From the NCBI RefSeq assembly GCF_964204645.1, contig NC_134025.1:7998001-8062000 (forward strand): a stretch of 64,000 nt of DNA, given 5' to 3'. Source of the stretch: Tubulanus polymorphus. Its lineage: Eukaryota > Animalia > Nemertea. Position 1 is the first letter of the stretch, and each line of letters begins with the position of its first letter. A program made the position numbers and the translations under genes. A model generated the notes under the pieces. That model worked only from the letters and a program-made list of their open reading frames with translations. It did not search any database and had not been told where the DNA came from. This document shows, in pieces, positions 1 to 13,600 of this stretch.

Positions 1-68
1 TTTTTTCAAAGAAATATTCGGCACAAAAATATTGCATTGCTTGAATGAAAGCCATAGATTTAACATAC

Positions 69-826
69 CTTGATATCGTACGAGTTCGCAATATTGAACA
101 AACCTATCAACCAATCTTCATTTGAAGCAGCAACTTCGGAGGGATACCATGTTACAACAATTACACCTATAAAGAATAAGCAAGAGAAACAATAAACACG
201 GTATGGGTATTTTCAAGCGCACTAGTATAACTTTCACGCGTTCTCAATGGGCCTTACTTACCTATACCAGCATATAACAACTGTTTCATATGCAAATCAA
301 TAATAGTTGGATCTCTCGAACTATACGCTCCTAAAGCTGGATAAAAACTGGCGCCGATATCATGAGGCGGTGCGTGTGTTCGATTCGGCCACTTTTTTGC
401 GACATCTTTATCCCAATGCTTGATATATTCATGGTTCCAGTGTTTATACTTTCCGTCATGTAAAGGATTACCGTACCACGGGTAATAAAATACATGCACG
501 TTATAATTGAGATTTGTCGATTTCTTTTTGTCGAGTAAAACCTTGTACTTTTCAAACTCAATCGAGGATGCTTTTAAAGATTCTTTCAATTTGGCATTTC
601 CATCATCGACAGGATGTAAATCTTGTCGTTTTATATCATTCCTTTTCTTCGTTATAATATTCAGTTTGTTAAAGTTAGTGTGAACCTCTGCGATGTCGTG
701 AGTCTGGATGGTAAAGGCAATGAAGCAAATTAAAGCGATCAGCAGTAAAACCACAAAGTAGTAGTATTTCCTCAAACTCCTCAGTTTCAGCGGTCGGATT
801 AGTGTGCGTTTCCATTGAGTCTTCAT
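69..826 (-). CDS. MANEA: Glycoprotein endo-alpha-1,2-mannosidase (GH99), 5' part; exons 826-262 and 166-69, continues beyond the left edge
   Basis: Type II membrane anchor (YYYFVVLLLIALICFIAF) followed by GH99 motifs VHVFYYPWYGNP, HWNH, DIGASFYPALGAYSSRDP, GIGVIVVTWYP; GT-AG intron 261-167. Confidence 0.9.
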
Positions 827-1284
827 GACGGCTGAAATTATTCGACATTAACATATTATAGATTATTTGTATGGGAGGGAGAAAAGTGAATTGTGCCACG
901 TTTTGGAACTTAGTTAATGGAGACGTATATCATATTATGAAAGAGAAAATCTGGGAAAGGAACAAGGGTCAATTTGACTTAGATAGAGTTTTTGACATCC
1001 AAAACAAAACCATCTCCGGCTGCTGCGTATTTCAACAAAACATCATCATCAGTTCAGTCACTCTTTCATCCACCACAATATATCATTTACAGATGTGGGG
1101 TGAATAAAACTTGTGATGCAAGTGTCATAATAATTAGGCTGTCATATAGAAAATGGATTTATGCCTCTCACCCAATTTAGCCTTCGGTTACACACATTGC
1201 CAACCCATCAGTGAATAATTTGACAGCAGTTTGACAACTTTTCGACACCGTTAGCTGCTGCCACCTGACGGTCGTACATTCGTA

Positions 1285-1380
1285 ACGAGAAAACTGATTG
1301 GTCGCTAACTCGTAAATATGTCCAATCACAGCTCCCGTTACTTCGATTTCAAGTGAACGGTGTGCGGCCATTTTCCTGAT
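1285..1380. promoter_or_regulatory. Bidirectional promoter between MANEA and SCAF4/8
   Basis: Two opposed CCAAT boxes (ctgattggt ~1294, tccaatca ~1321) and a YY1-like gcggccatttt (~1364) between divergent genes. Confidence 0.5.
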
Positions 1381-1439
1381 ATTCAGTGCATGGTTCCGAA
1401 AAAATAAATAATGTTATTTTGAACCCGTTCTCGAGCACG

Positions 1440-4400
1440 ATGGAGAGTGTGAGAGCCTTTAACAATGAGGTCAGCTCCGTTTTACATGTTTCATAATTTG
1501 TTTACGCAATCTGAATGTGTAACTTAACTGTAAATCGCATTGGTTTTCCTTCATTATCTCTTGTTTGTTGTGCGCGTCTCTCTCCCTCCGCCGTCCGGAC
1601 CGAACCGACGACAACCTGGGCGTGCAGTATCGTCTTGTGACCTGTCGCCCCCCAGCCCCCTAGCTTCGGCCATCAGTCGCTGCCCCGAACTTTTGTAATG
1701 TGCCCTTATTTGTCCTAATTTCGAGTGGGAGGAGACTTAAGATTTTAAATCTAAAATTAATAATGTGATACTTCTTGGCCAAAAATAAATTTTCATTTTG
1801 TTTCACTCAATTCACACTGGTAATGAGGGGAAGATTAAGAGTACAACCTAAAGAATATGTTTAGTCCACTTCTGTTTGATACTGAAGAAAAACCATAGAG
1901 AACCACATGATAATGATATTCATCTGCTTTAATATCACTTTATTACAGCTTTCCTCATTGTATGAGACGAAGCCGCCGGTTTCACGAGGAAAAATGGCAA
2001 CGTTGACTAAACTGGCGATAAAAGCTATTAAGTTTTATAAACATATCGTTCAAAGTGTGGAAAAATTCATCCAAAAGGTAACATTTGCTTCCTTAAACTG
2101 GTTGGGTCATTCTATTCTTGCTTAATTTTCTGAAATAACAAGATAATCTTGTTTCTATTGACAGTGTCGGCCGGAATACAAGGTTCCTGGATTGTACGTA
2201 GTAGATTCAATTGTGCGTCAGTCCCGACATCAATTTGGTGCGGACAAAGACGTATTTGCTCCGCGATTCATGAAAAATGTACTCGAAACGTTTCAGAACT
2301 TGTTGAAATGCCCACCTGAAGATAAGGTGAGTAACTTATGTCAAAAAAGAATGTTTCAACAATTGCCCTGCCCAATTATCAATAATTTGCACTGGTTTTA
2401 ATTTTTATTTTAGAGTAAAATTGTTAGAGTTTTGAATTTATGGCAAAAAAATCAAGTATTGCCAAGCGCCGTTATTCAACGGTTGATGGATATAGCTGCC
2501 GATCCAAGTAACACTTCACTTATTCAGACAGGTTTGTTATTGATCCTAATTTTTTTTCTAAATATGTTTTATGAAGTTACCTTCTAAAGTTAAAATTTTT
2601 ATATCAAGAATCTTCAATCGATTAAAAAAGAAACATGGATACTCGAAACATGACTGATTTTCGATGATGTCTTTTTTTATCACAGCTCAGAAGGAAATTC
2701 AAGTGATAATTGAGTCCCAGGGTCAGCGTCGTATACAGCAATTAGTCATAAAGAAAAAACCATCGGAAGAAGAGGTGGTCGCGATTACCGTGAAGAAAAC
2801 CGATAACGATGCATCCGCGACGACGGATGAACAGCAACCTCCTCCCGAGATCTCTGCGATGGAAGCAGCGTCGTTAGAAGCGATCACTCATACTATCTCA
2901 CAGTTAATTCACCATGTCAGTAACACTCCCGTAAGTGTGAAACTACGGAAATCTAATTTTACTTCGTTCGTGCATCAATATTATTAAAGACAGCGGACAA
3001 TTAGCGACTGCAAAGATTTCTGTTCATATTGTGCCTCTGACTTAACTCAAATATACCAGCTCTGACTGGGACCTCGCAAATTTGTACAGGGTGGCCGCTT
3101 GCTGGATATCAGGGAAATTTTTTATCTTGAAAAAAGTCAGGCCATTTTGTAAAATAAAAGCTCCTAAAAAGTCACGTAAAATCAAACAGCGTCATATTTG
3201 ACTGTGTTAATTGATTGGATTCTTAGAGATCAAATATCTATGTTTTAGGATGCTTCACCAGGCGTGAATGCTCAGCAGCAGCAACTCAATCAACTGCAGG
3301 TACTTCAAGAACAGTTGATTGAACAGACACAGCTATTGCAGAAACCACAGAACGAGCAGCCAATCATTGATAGCAACGTTCTCGCTCAGATACAAGCCCT
3401 TACTGCGCAATTACTAACAAACGAAGAAGAGGAAGATGATGGCGATAATATGGAAATTGACGAAGAACCTCCAAAATTTAATAAGGTATTCTTTTAACCT
3501 TTCACACGGAGTCACTAGTCGTTCTATTCTAATGATTCAAATTTGTTGTTAGCTATTAGCCCAAGTTTTAGAAAAATCTCAAAATCGCAGAAACTAGGCG
3601 TTTTACCACCAGTCATTTTATGAATGATTATTGTAGGATCTGTTAGATTTTGATTACGGTGAAAGTGATGATGAAGAAGAACCACAAAATAAGAAGCCAG
3701 ATGTGAATGGTGAACCAAAGAATAAATCTGCCAAGTTATCCAGGTATAATAATACATAATATGAATAAGTATAAAATGTATCCTACGTGTGGAAGTCGTT
3801 GTTCGCATGTTGTTGTTATTTTGTAGCATGCTCGGTGATAGTGGATTAGTTGCGCAGATACAAGAGATGTCGGCTACGATTCAACGTACGGAGCAATTAA
3901 AGCAGGAACTGACAAAACAAGAAGACGAACTTCGTCGTAAACTACAAGAACAAAAACATCCCGACGAATACCAGGAACAGTCCAATCAGTGGCAGAAACC
4001 GCCGGAGCCTCCAGAACCAGGAGATAGTGAACAACGTTATGAAAATAGACACGATGACGATTATTCCAGACGTCGATCTACAGATCATGAGCGATATCAA
4101 CTAGAAGAGGGTGAAGTTGTGAGTATTCTAATTCATTCCAGTTTATCCGGAGGTGTTTGACATCAACCCGCAATTGCCTATCCTAACTGTTTATTTGAGC
4201 ACACCGTAAGTTATTGTTCTGTCAAAATAATTGAACAAATTTCTTACAGTATCAACAGGAAGAGCGATACTCTGATGATAGAGGTGAATATCGTGAGCAT
4301 CGTAGTCGTGATGAGAACTATGACCCACGTTCATCGGATCAGGAGGAATCACGCGAACGATCGCACGATCGTAAGAAACACAGACATGAACGTGAACGTT

Positions 4401-7400
4401 CGCGCTCGAGGTCAAGGTAATTATACCACTAACGATGATCACACACAAAACCACTAACGATGATCACAGTCTAGGGTTACTAGTTCTGAATATTGTGCTT
4501 CGCTAGTTACCAAACTTGATGATGATTTTATCCATTAAACCTTGTTATCTATAATGATGATCATTACAGGCTAGAGTTCCAGATCACTTAATGTGATATG
4601 TGGACAAACTCACTGTTTCTGAATTGATAATCTCTCTAAAATCTAAATAAAATCACCCTACATATGTTTTGACTCCAATAATGATGATCATTACAGGCTA
4701 GAGTTCCAGATCACTTTATGTGATATGTGGACAAACTCACTGTTTCTGAATTGATAATCTCTCTAAAATCTAAATAAAATCGCCCTAACCTATATTTTGA
4801 CTCCAATAATGATGATCATTACAGGCTAGAGTTCCAGATCACTTAATGTGATATGTGGACAAACTCACTGTTTCTGAATTGATAATCTCTGTAAAATCTT
4901 AATAAAATCACCCTTCTTAAATTTTGCCTCCAAAATGATGATCATTACAGGCTAGAGTTCCAGATCACTTTATGTGAATTGTGGACAAACTCACTGTTTC
5001 TGAATTGATAATCTCTCTAAAATCTAAATAAAATCACCCTACCTATATTTTGATTCCAATAATGATGATCATTACAGGCTAGAGTTCCAGATCACTTAAT
5101 GTGATATGTGGACAAACTCACTGTTTCTGAATTGATAATCTCTGTAAAATCTTAATAAAATCGCCCTTCATATATTTTGACTCCAATAATGATGATTATT
5201 ACAGGCTAGAGTTCCAGATCACTTAAAGATATATTTGGACAAACGCAACGTTTCTGAATTGATAATCTCTATCCTAAATAAGGTTTATATAAAATCTCCC
5301 TACATATATTTTTACTCCAATAATGATGATCATTACTACAGGGGACAGTTCTAGATCTTCTTCTTCTATGAACAGGCTACAGTTCTAGATCTTCTTCTGT
5401 GATATGTCAATATGTACAAAATCACTGTTTGTGAAGTAACTAACTGCTTGGACACTTCAAAAAGTTTATTGATACAAAAATCTTGTCCAATGATCACAGA
5501 CTTGAGTCTTGAGTTCATCTGTTGAATACTCATGCAATTTTCTTTTTCTGTGATAGGACACCTAAAAAGCGTAGACGATCGAGATCCCGATCTCGAGAAA
5601 ATGTTAGCAGACGACGAAGATCAAGGTCAAGAGAGAGACATAAACGATCAAGGTAAATATCCGTTTAAACCATCCAGTGATCTATACGATTTTCAATGCT
5701 CTCTTCTATTTCTCTCTTGAAATGCAAAATTTGTCTTGATTTTTATGTAGAGAGCGCGAAAAGGAACGAGAGAGAGAAAAAGAAAGGGAGCGAGAGAAAG
5801 AGAGAGAACGTGAAAAAGAGCGAGAACGAAAAGCTAAAGAAAAGGAGAGAAAGAAAAAAGGCTTGCCACCACTGAAAGAGAGACACATTGCTAGTAAGTT
5901 GATAATAACTGTTATACTTGAGATGTACACTTGGATCTAGACAGTTGAAAGAACGGGTTTCTGTTTATGTCCCTTGATTTTGTAGTATGTACACGAACTT
6001 TGTGGATTGGACACATGTCAAAGATCACAACCAGTGAAGATTTACAAGAAGAACTAGAGCAGTATGGCGAAGTTGAAAACATTAATGTAAGTATGGAAAT
6101 ATCCTGTAACAATAATGTGCATTCATTTTTTCACAGGAAAATCAAGTTGCTCAAGGTTTGATGTAGTAACAACTATGATGATCATACAGGCTAGAGTTCC
6201 AGATCAACATTTGATATGTGGACTACTCACTGTGTCTGATGAATAATTTCTATAATATCTGTTTAAAGGAATATCTATTAATGATAGAACATTCCATCGT
6301 ATTATGATGATCATACAGGCTAGAGTTCCAGATCACTTCAATGTGATATGTGGACAATTTCACTGTTTCTGAATACATGAATTTTCAGAGCACCCTCTCA
6401 TATTTATGACTCCTGAAAAGCTGAAAGAATTTCAATATATCCCTATAATGAAATTGTATTTTTCCATGTTAGGTGATTCCTCCTCGAGGTTGTGCATTTG
6501 TTGTCATGTCTCGTCGAAGAGATGCTGCTAAGGCTTTGGAAGGACTAATAGGTTACAAACTGCATTCAAATGTATTGAAGGTAAACATTATGAGTCCCGC
6601 ATTTTATTGTTCACTTACGATATTCAAGCTGGAAATCACTGATTTTTTCTTGCGTTTCAGTTGGCATGGGCTCCGAATAAAGGTATTAAAGACAGTAGAT
6701 TTCGAGAGAACTGGGAAGTAGATCTTGGTGTAACTTATATACCTTGGGAACACGTTCCTGATGATATTTATTATTTAACCGATGGTGGTGTCATTGATGA
6801 TGAGTCTCTTCCTGACCGTTTAAGAGGTTTGTTTACTCAATGATGAATTCAATGCCTTGTGAATGAATTTAAAGTAAATATTTTTTATTGATTACCTTTC
6901 AAGGTATGCCCGACGCGGAACAACAATTACAAAAGAAAGAGAAAGAAGCCGAACAGCAACAGGTACTAGAGGCAGCTGCGCTTCAAGATGTTTCTATGGA
7001 AGCAATGGCAGGCATTCCAACTACTCACGCTTACCTTCCAAATCAGTTTACAGGTACGAATCTCTTCATATATTTGTAGATCTATGCAAACATGGATTCG
7101 CCAATAATGTTTAGATTGATTTTATTTGTAGGAATGGTACCATTGATGCCTCCAATGCAGGGTATGATGCCTCCGATGATGATTCCTCCTCCGGGAGCTC
7201 CACCTACAAACATGCCTAACTTGTCTGCACCGCCACCAATTCCACCTCCTGGAATGCCTGTACCACCTCCACCGCCGAGATCTATGCCGCTTGTAGATGT
7301 TGCTGATCTACCGTCTATCGATCCTTCTCAGGTACCTGCGTCTATTCCAATGTCTGACCCCTGTGAAATGGCTAGTGATCATGAATCTGTGGATCCAGTG

Positions 7401-10400
7401 GCGATGCCGACATTGAAGGATGTAAGCAGCCGTCATCTGCATGTCCAGTCATTTATCCATTTTGCTCAGTCCCCTCATCAATTTCGTGAATGTTGTGTTT
7501 GGAATCGAAAAGTATATTATGATTGTATTGAAATTTTCTAAACTATCAATTCATGCTTTCAGATTCCGGCACCACCTATGAACGTACAGCCATATCCTGC
7601 TACATCAGCTGGCGTATCATTGACAGAGGCAATTAAAAACATAGTCGCAAACTCATCGGCTCCAACTTCAGCAGTACAAACTCCAGGCCTGATGATTCCA
7701 GCAGTCTCTTCAATGCCACCTGGTTTCAATCCAGTGATACCTCCGAATTTCGTTGTCAGTGCTGGTCAATCCATAGTGACAACAGTAAACACCAATGTCG
7801 TTGGCCTCGCGAAAGAAAAATCTGCTGATGAGGAAACTAAACCAAAGAAACGACGAACAAGTCGCTGGGCGACTGAAGAGACTAACAGTAGTGATATATT
7901 TGAACAGTCTCCTGTACCGCAGAATGAATCCGGCCATGCTATGAATCAAGAGCATGAACCAGGTGTATTACCACCGCAGAAATCACCTGCAAGGTTATTT
8001 GGTGGAGTGAGCTTCACCATATCTGGACCGGAACGTGTGCGGCCTAGTTCACAGGGTAGTACACCTGAAGTTCAAAAAATGGAGAATCCTGGTGCACCAA
8101 CATTCCACAGTTCATTGCCCGGACCATTTGGCCATTTAGGAATCCGATTCCCTGTTGGAACGCAAGGAAAGTCTGATTCATCGGGGGAAAATACACCATC
8201 CCCTCAGATGCCACCAAACATACCATCAATGTCACCAAGTGTTTCAGGAAATGCTAATGACCCCAATCGGCCTGGTAACCAGTTTGAAGCTAATCGGGAA
8301 CCAAGTCAGGATAGATCAGTAAATATGATCCAGATTCCTAATGGACCACCACCACTTAATAGGATGGGTGGGCCACCACTAGCGAACATGATAGGTGGAC
8401 TTGGAGATATGCGTGGGCCCCTTAACATTAGGCCTCCTAATGGTCCTCCAATGAGGTTTGACGGACCACCATTGAGACCTGGTGGACCAGTGAGTATGTT
8501 TGATGGACCACCTCACAGAGTGGGAGGACCAGATGGACCTAGGTTTGATGGTGGACCTCGTATGGGACCGAATGAGCCACCAAACATGATCATGGGAAGA
8601 GCAGATGGGCCACCGCATAGATTTGATGGGCCACCCATTCGTATGGGTGGTCCTAATGGTCCTCCCCGAATGGGAGGGCCTGAAGGCCTTCCAAGAGGAA
8701 TAAGTGGTCCTGATATTCCCCCATTTAGAATGGGAGGCCCAGATATGCCACCATTCAGAATGGGAGGCCCTGATGGGCCAACAGACAGGAGAGGTCATGA
8801 TGGACCTATGGGAAGACAACCAAATAGATTTGATGGGCCATTGCGACCAATGGGTGGACCAGATGGGCCACCAAACCATCGTTTTGATGGACCCCCAAAC
8901 CGATTTGGAGGACCTGATGGGCATCGCAACAGATATGATGGACCATTCGATCGGGATAGAAGAGGACCTGATGGTCATATGGGACCAAAGGGAGGACATC
9001 ATGATGATCCAAGAAATTTTGGAAATGATGGTCCACCTCGATATGGTGGTTCAGATGATCGACATAGACCTGATCATCCTTCCCATAGATTCATGGGACC
9101 TGATGGTCCACGAAATCGAAGCGGAGGACCAGACGATGCAAGAAACCGATCTGATGGTCCAGATGGATTCAACAGAATGGGCTCAGACAGGTCACATAGA
9201 TCAAAAGGTCCTGAAGATCCACGTCATAGATCAGATAGATCTCCAGGTCGATATGAAGGAAGATCAAGTAGATTTAGAGATGAGAGAGATGATGCACCAA
9301 GACATGATCGTCCACCAAGCAGAGGATCTGATGAAAGGGATCATAGAAAAGGGGATTCTGACAGACCAAAAGGACCAGAAGGTCATTCAAAACGTAGAGG
9401 AAGTTTTGATGAACCGCCACCACCACGTGGTAGAATGGATGATAGAGATTCTCACAATTCTGAGGGTCCTCCAAATAGGATGAGTGCCCTGGAGGGTCCC
9501 CAAAATGAGAATATTATGAGAATGGGTGGTGGTCCAAATATGGAACAAGTGATGCGCATGCGAGGACAAAATATAGAAATGATGCCGATTGGTGGTCCAA
9601 ATATGGACTTAATGTTGAGAATGGGCGGGCCAAACATAGAACAAATGATACGTATGGGCGGTCCAAACGTGATAAGAATGATGAGAATGGGTGGACCAAA
9701 TATGGATTTAATGATGCGAATGGGTGGTCCAAATATGGAACAGTTGATACGAATTGGAGGTCCTAATATTGATCAGATATTGCGTATGAGAATGGCTGGC
9801 CCTGTGGGTATACGATTCCCTGGCCCAAGGATGGGTTTCGCAAATCCTGGTGGTCCAAGGATGCCTATGGGTCCGCATGGTGGAATGAACTCGTTTAATA
9901 ATTCTGATGACAGTGACAATAAATCCGGAAAGAATTTTCCGTCTTTGATGAATATGGAATTTGGAGGCCCGTCGGAGAGAGACTCCGGTGAGTTCTCATT
10001 CGGGGACGGCCGTAGAGGAGGATCATCGAAGCATATTCCGTTACATAGAAATCGTATGAATAGCAGTGGAGATCGGGATCGATCGGTTTCTCCGCGTGGA
10101 GAAAATCGTCGACATCGTAGCAAGGACAGACATTCTTCGAGTAGAAGGAGTAGATCTCGAAGTTCCGATCGACGCGATTCTAGTAGAAACGAACGCGGTT
10201 CAACTAGAAGCGATCGCGATTCGGGTAAACGCGACCGTAGCACTGATCGAAAGGACAGCGATATAGATAACAAGGACGGTAATATCGATAAAAAAGACCG
10301 TGATCACGATACCGGTAAAACCGATAGTGTTTCAACTGAAAAAAGCGATGACATTAATTCTTCTAAATCGGTAATCGTTAGCGAAACTATTACGAATGAA

Positions 10401-10652
10401 TCTTCTCGGAACGGGGATGATAAGGAAGACAATAAATGCGAGCAACTCGATTCAATTATTGACAGTGATATATCAAAAAAATCTGATTGCGTCTCGGCAA
10501 AACTGGATGATATCGAACCTGTCGTTGCGAAAGCGCTAGACTTAGATAGTGTGATCGTAGACACTGCAGATTCAGTACCAACTGAAGGATCTGCTGTAAA
10601 AACAGAAGATGTAGTGACCAAGGAAGATGTGGTTGTAGCTGATGAAAGTTGA
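1440..10652 (+). CDS. SCAF4: SR-related CTD-associated factor 4/8 (CID, RS region, RRM, Pro/Gly-rich tail), multi-exon
   Basis: Exon 1 1440-1469 MESVRAFNNE and exon 2 1949-2077 LSSLYETKPPVS..AIKAIKFYKHIVQSVEKFIQK (CID); RRM CTRTLWIGHM..IPPRGCAFV..LAWAPNKGIK..WEVDLGVTYIPW; long last exon ends at 10652. Likely co-orthologue of vertebrate SCAF4 and SCAF8. Confidence 0.92.
4554..5257 (+). ncRNA. SNORD52: Tandem array of six SNORD52-like box C/D snoRNAs (4554-4622, 4681-4749, 4809-4877, 4935-5003, 5062-5130, 5189-5257) plus degenerate flanking copies
   Basis: Each 69-nt unit reads ATGATGA (C), guide ACAGGCTAGAGTTC, CAGA (D'), then CTGA (D). The guide is complementary to the conserved 28S sequence GACUCUAGUCUG with G:U pairs; period ~127 bp; lies in SCAF intron 4417-5556. 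Confidence 0.8.
6175..6239 (+). ncRNA. SNORD52: SNORD52-like C/D snoRNA copy
   Basis: ATGATGA-tcat-ACAGGCTAGAGTTC-CAGA...CTGA in SCAF intron 6087-6472. Confidence 0.8.
6304..6372 (+). ncRNA. SNORD52: SNORD52-like C/D snoRNA copy
   Basis: Same boxes and guide; second copy in intron 6087-6472. Confidence 0.8.
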
Positions 10653-13600
10653 ACTAAATCAATTTTATGGTCAACTTGATGTTTTATGTATAGTCTTGTG
10701 AAATTGCTTGTGTTGTTTAAGATTTGATGCTACCTGCAAGGAGAACTGTAATGATTATGTGATGTTGCAAATCTGAGTTGAAAGTGTATTATCAATCATG
10801 CATGTCAAACTGTTAAATACTTTCTTGCATATTTATGCTTCTGGTACTTAAAACTTGTGAATCATTTCATCATGACATCGTTTAGAATGCAAAATGGTAT
10901 TGATCTCAATTTGGAAAAATCGGTGTCTTAAATGTCTTTTGAATATAATCTATAATAATATCTTAATATTCCATTGGCATTTTGATAAGTTGAATTTAGA
11001 TAGCAATATTTCCAGTGAATCGGGAATAATATTGAAAACTTCTTGAACTTTTTCTTTTGTTTTCCAAAATGGCACCTGCAGCATAAGATGTTTTAAGAAT
11101 TTTTTCCTCATTGTTTTTATTGCCTGATTCTGAAGGATTAGGGAATTTTTATGCCCTATTGAATTTTGTCATGATTTTTATGTATGAATGGCATGTATTC
11201 CAAAATTTCATTAGAGAATGTTGGCTTTTTACACTTGGAAAATACAGGATAGTCACTGTAGATGGAGTGTGTTTGTGTGATGTAACATTATTTTGTGAAA
11301 ACCTTGCATTTAGAAAATGAGATTCAGCTACAATTTGTTGACCTAGAACATTCCCGGTTAATGCTGATGGCATTTGTTTTGTTGTTTTATCAATTACTGT
11401 CAAATTGGCCAGAGAGCAAAATATCCGGTCTATGTGATGAAAGCGTAACCTGCTAGCTGCAGAATTTATGGGATTAAAAATCAGTTCTATAATTTGCATA
11501 ACAGCTGTGCTTCATAGTGTTGAATTCTGCTTTATACCATTTTATGTTTTATTCAAATGCGTTCTGTTCATAAGCTACATTAGAATCTTCATACATTGAG
11601 GCATACATATGTCTATCGGCTTTATTTTCCAGACTTATGCCATTGGTACATCGTTACTTTCAAATCAAATACTTTCATGTATTATTAGCCTGAATGTTCA
11701 GGAACAGCGAATTTGATAGCAGATGATTCTAGTCAGTTCAGGATCATATATTAGGTAACTGATTTTTATAAAATCACTGAGAACAAAGACCCTTGTGTCT
11801 TTCGATTTGATGAACAAAAAATATTTTTATGGAAATGAACATTTGTGAAGTGGACATTAAGAATAATAAGATTTATTTTTACTAAACATAGACTACTCAT
11901 TTCTTAGTCCAAGCTGGCGATCACTATTACCAAAATGCCTCTCGCGTCAGGATTCAAGATGTTGTGTTTTGTAGCATTTCTATCCTAATGGCAATAATTT
12001 TAACTAAATTACTTGAATTAATTTGACCAGCTTAAGTACTGTGGAACCTCATCATAACGAACTCCAATTCTTCTGACGTTACTAATATTCAATTTCATCC
12101 TAAGTAAGACAATTTCATACTGGAGATAATGAACTATCGGTTAAAACGAACAGTGTGAGGTTCTATTGAAGTATAAAAAATGCCTTTGGCTGGCAACTAA
12201 GCACCTACATTACCATAGATAGAACTGCTATGTAAACAATCTGGTAGATTCTGGATTACACTGAATCTGCTCCACTTTTAATGAAGGGAGGAAAGGGAAA
12301 AGACTGCAGCATGGTACTACACATTAAAGGAGTCTGTTATAAGTGCCCGTAGTAACAAAGATATATAGGACTGGAGAATTGTATACAGATCAGATATCGG
12401 GTTTTGGTTTTGAACTAGAAGACAATCTGATGTAGAAGTAATGTGGCGAGAATCTGTAAAGCTGGTACGTGAGTTTCCTTTATCATATGATATACTATGT
12501 TCTTGAATGTGTATGCATATCTGCTGCAGTATATGTTGCGTCACAACACGGATATGCTTATACATTTTTTACATGTGATTGAGCAGCTCTTCAGGTGATA
12601 GATTATTCCTATTTGATAAGATTATCGCATATTAGAACTTCACATATTCACATCGGATCAATGTTCTAAAATAATAAATAAAATCATCAATGCATGTTTT
12701 AGAGTATAAAAATTCAGCTGGATTATGGAGCATGCATCTTTGACACAAGAAAAAAATATCTGCCCTTACATTATTCTCTTAATTGATTCCCTTTAGCAAT
12801 AAGTCTCTGTTTGCGGATCTCTTGCTGCCCTAGACTTTTCCCATGTACTCCGTATAAGAGTGCGTTGCTCATCTAAGTTTAAGGAGCAATTTATCTGAAC
12901 CTTAGACTCATATTATCTAGCCAAAAGCACTTTTGAAAAACTATGCTTTGGTTGGTTTCATGCTGCATGTTCATGATTTACACATGTATGCAGCAATATG
13001 AAGTGCATGTAGACCCATTGATTCAATTAAGGACAAATTGCAATTTTTATCTCTATTGCTATTCATTCCATCGAGGAATATTGCAATACCAAACCTTAAA
13101 TGATACTGAACTATGCTCCAGACCAATGTAAATCAAGGATAGGATTTAGATATTGTAATAACGTCACCGAAAGAGAAGTTCGTAGAACTACTTCGAAATG
13201 TACAGTCTTTTCTTCCTGTGTCCTTGTTGGCTGAATAGAATTTAACTACCATACTGGTATTAGTAGTAGTCCTACATCATAAATATGTAGAAATTTGCTA
13301 TGTGTCGCTTATATTGTCTCATTGAGGGTTTTACAATGGAAGCCTACATCATGTCCATATATACATGTGGCTGATGAAACGTAATATGACTCAGGTTTTG
13401 TCGCTCGTTCAGGTTTTGTTGCTTACATTAAATGTTCTGGTATGGCAAGCATGGCACAATTGAAAAATGAAGCAGTGTTCATCAAAGATCTACAAATTGT
13501 AGCTGACTAACAGACTGAGGTACTAATGAACGTGGCATGGCAGGCTTGATTTCAAGTCACGAAACTGTAATTTTAAGATTTTGTTGAGATTATCTTGATT

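Noticed and set aside
4554-5257. CRISPR-like array
   Set aside because: Eukaryotic intron; spacers are homologous to each other; no cas genes; C/D boxes explain the unit
8379-10621. Long alternative-frame and antisense ORFs over the SCAF last exon
   Set aside because: Shadows of repetitive Gly/Pro/Asp codons, with no independent domain
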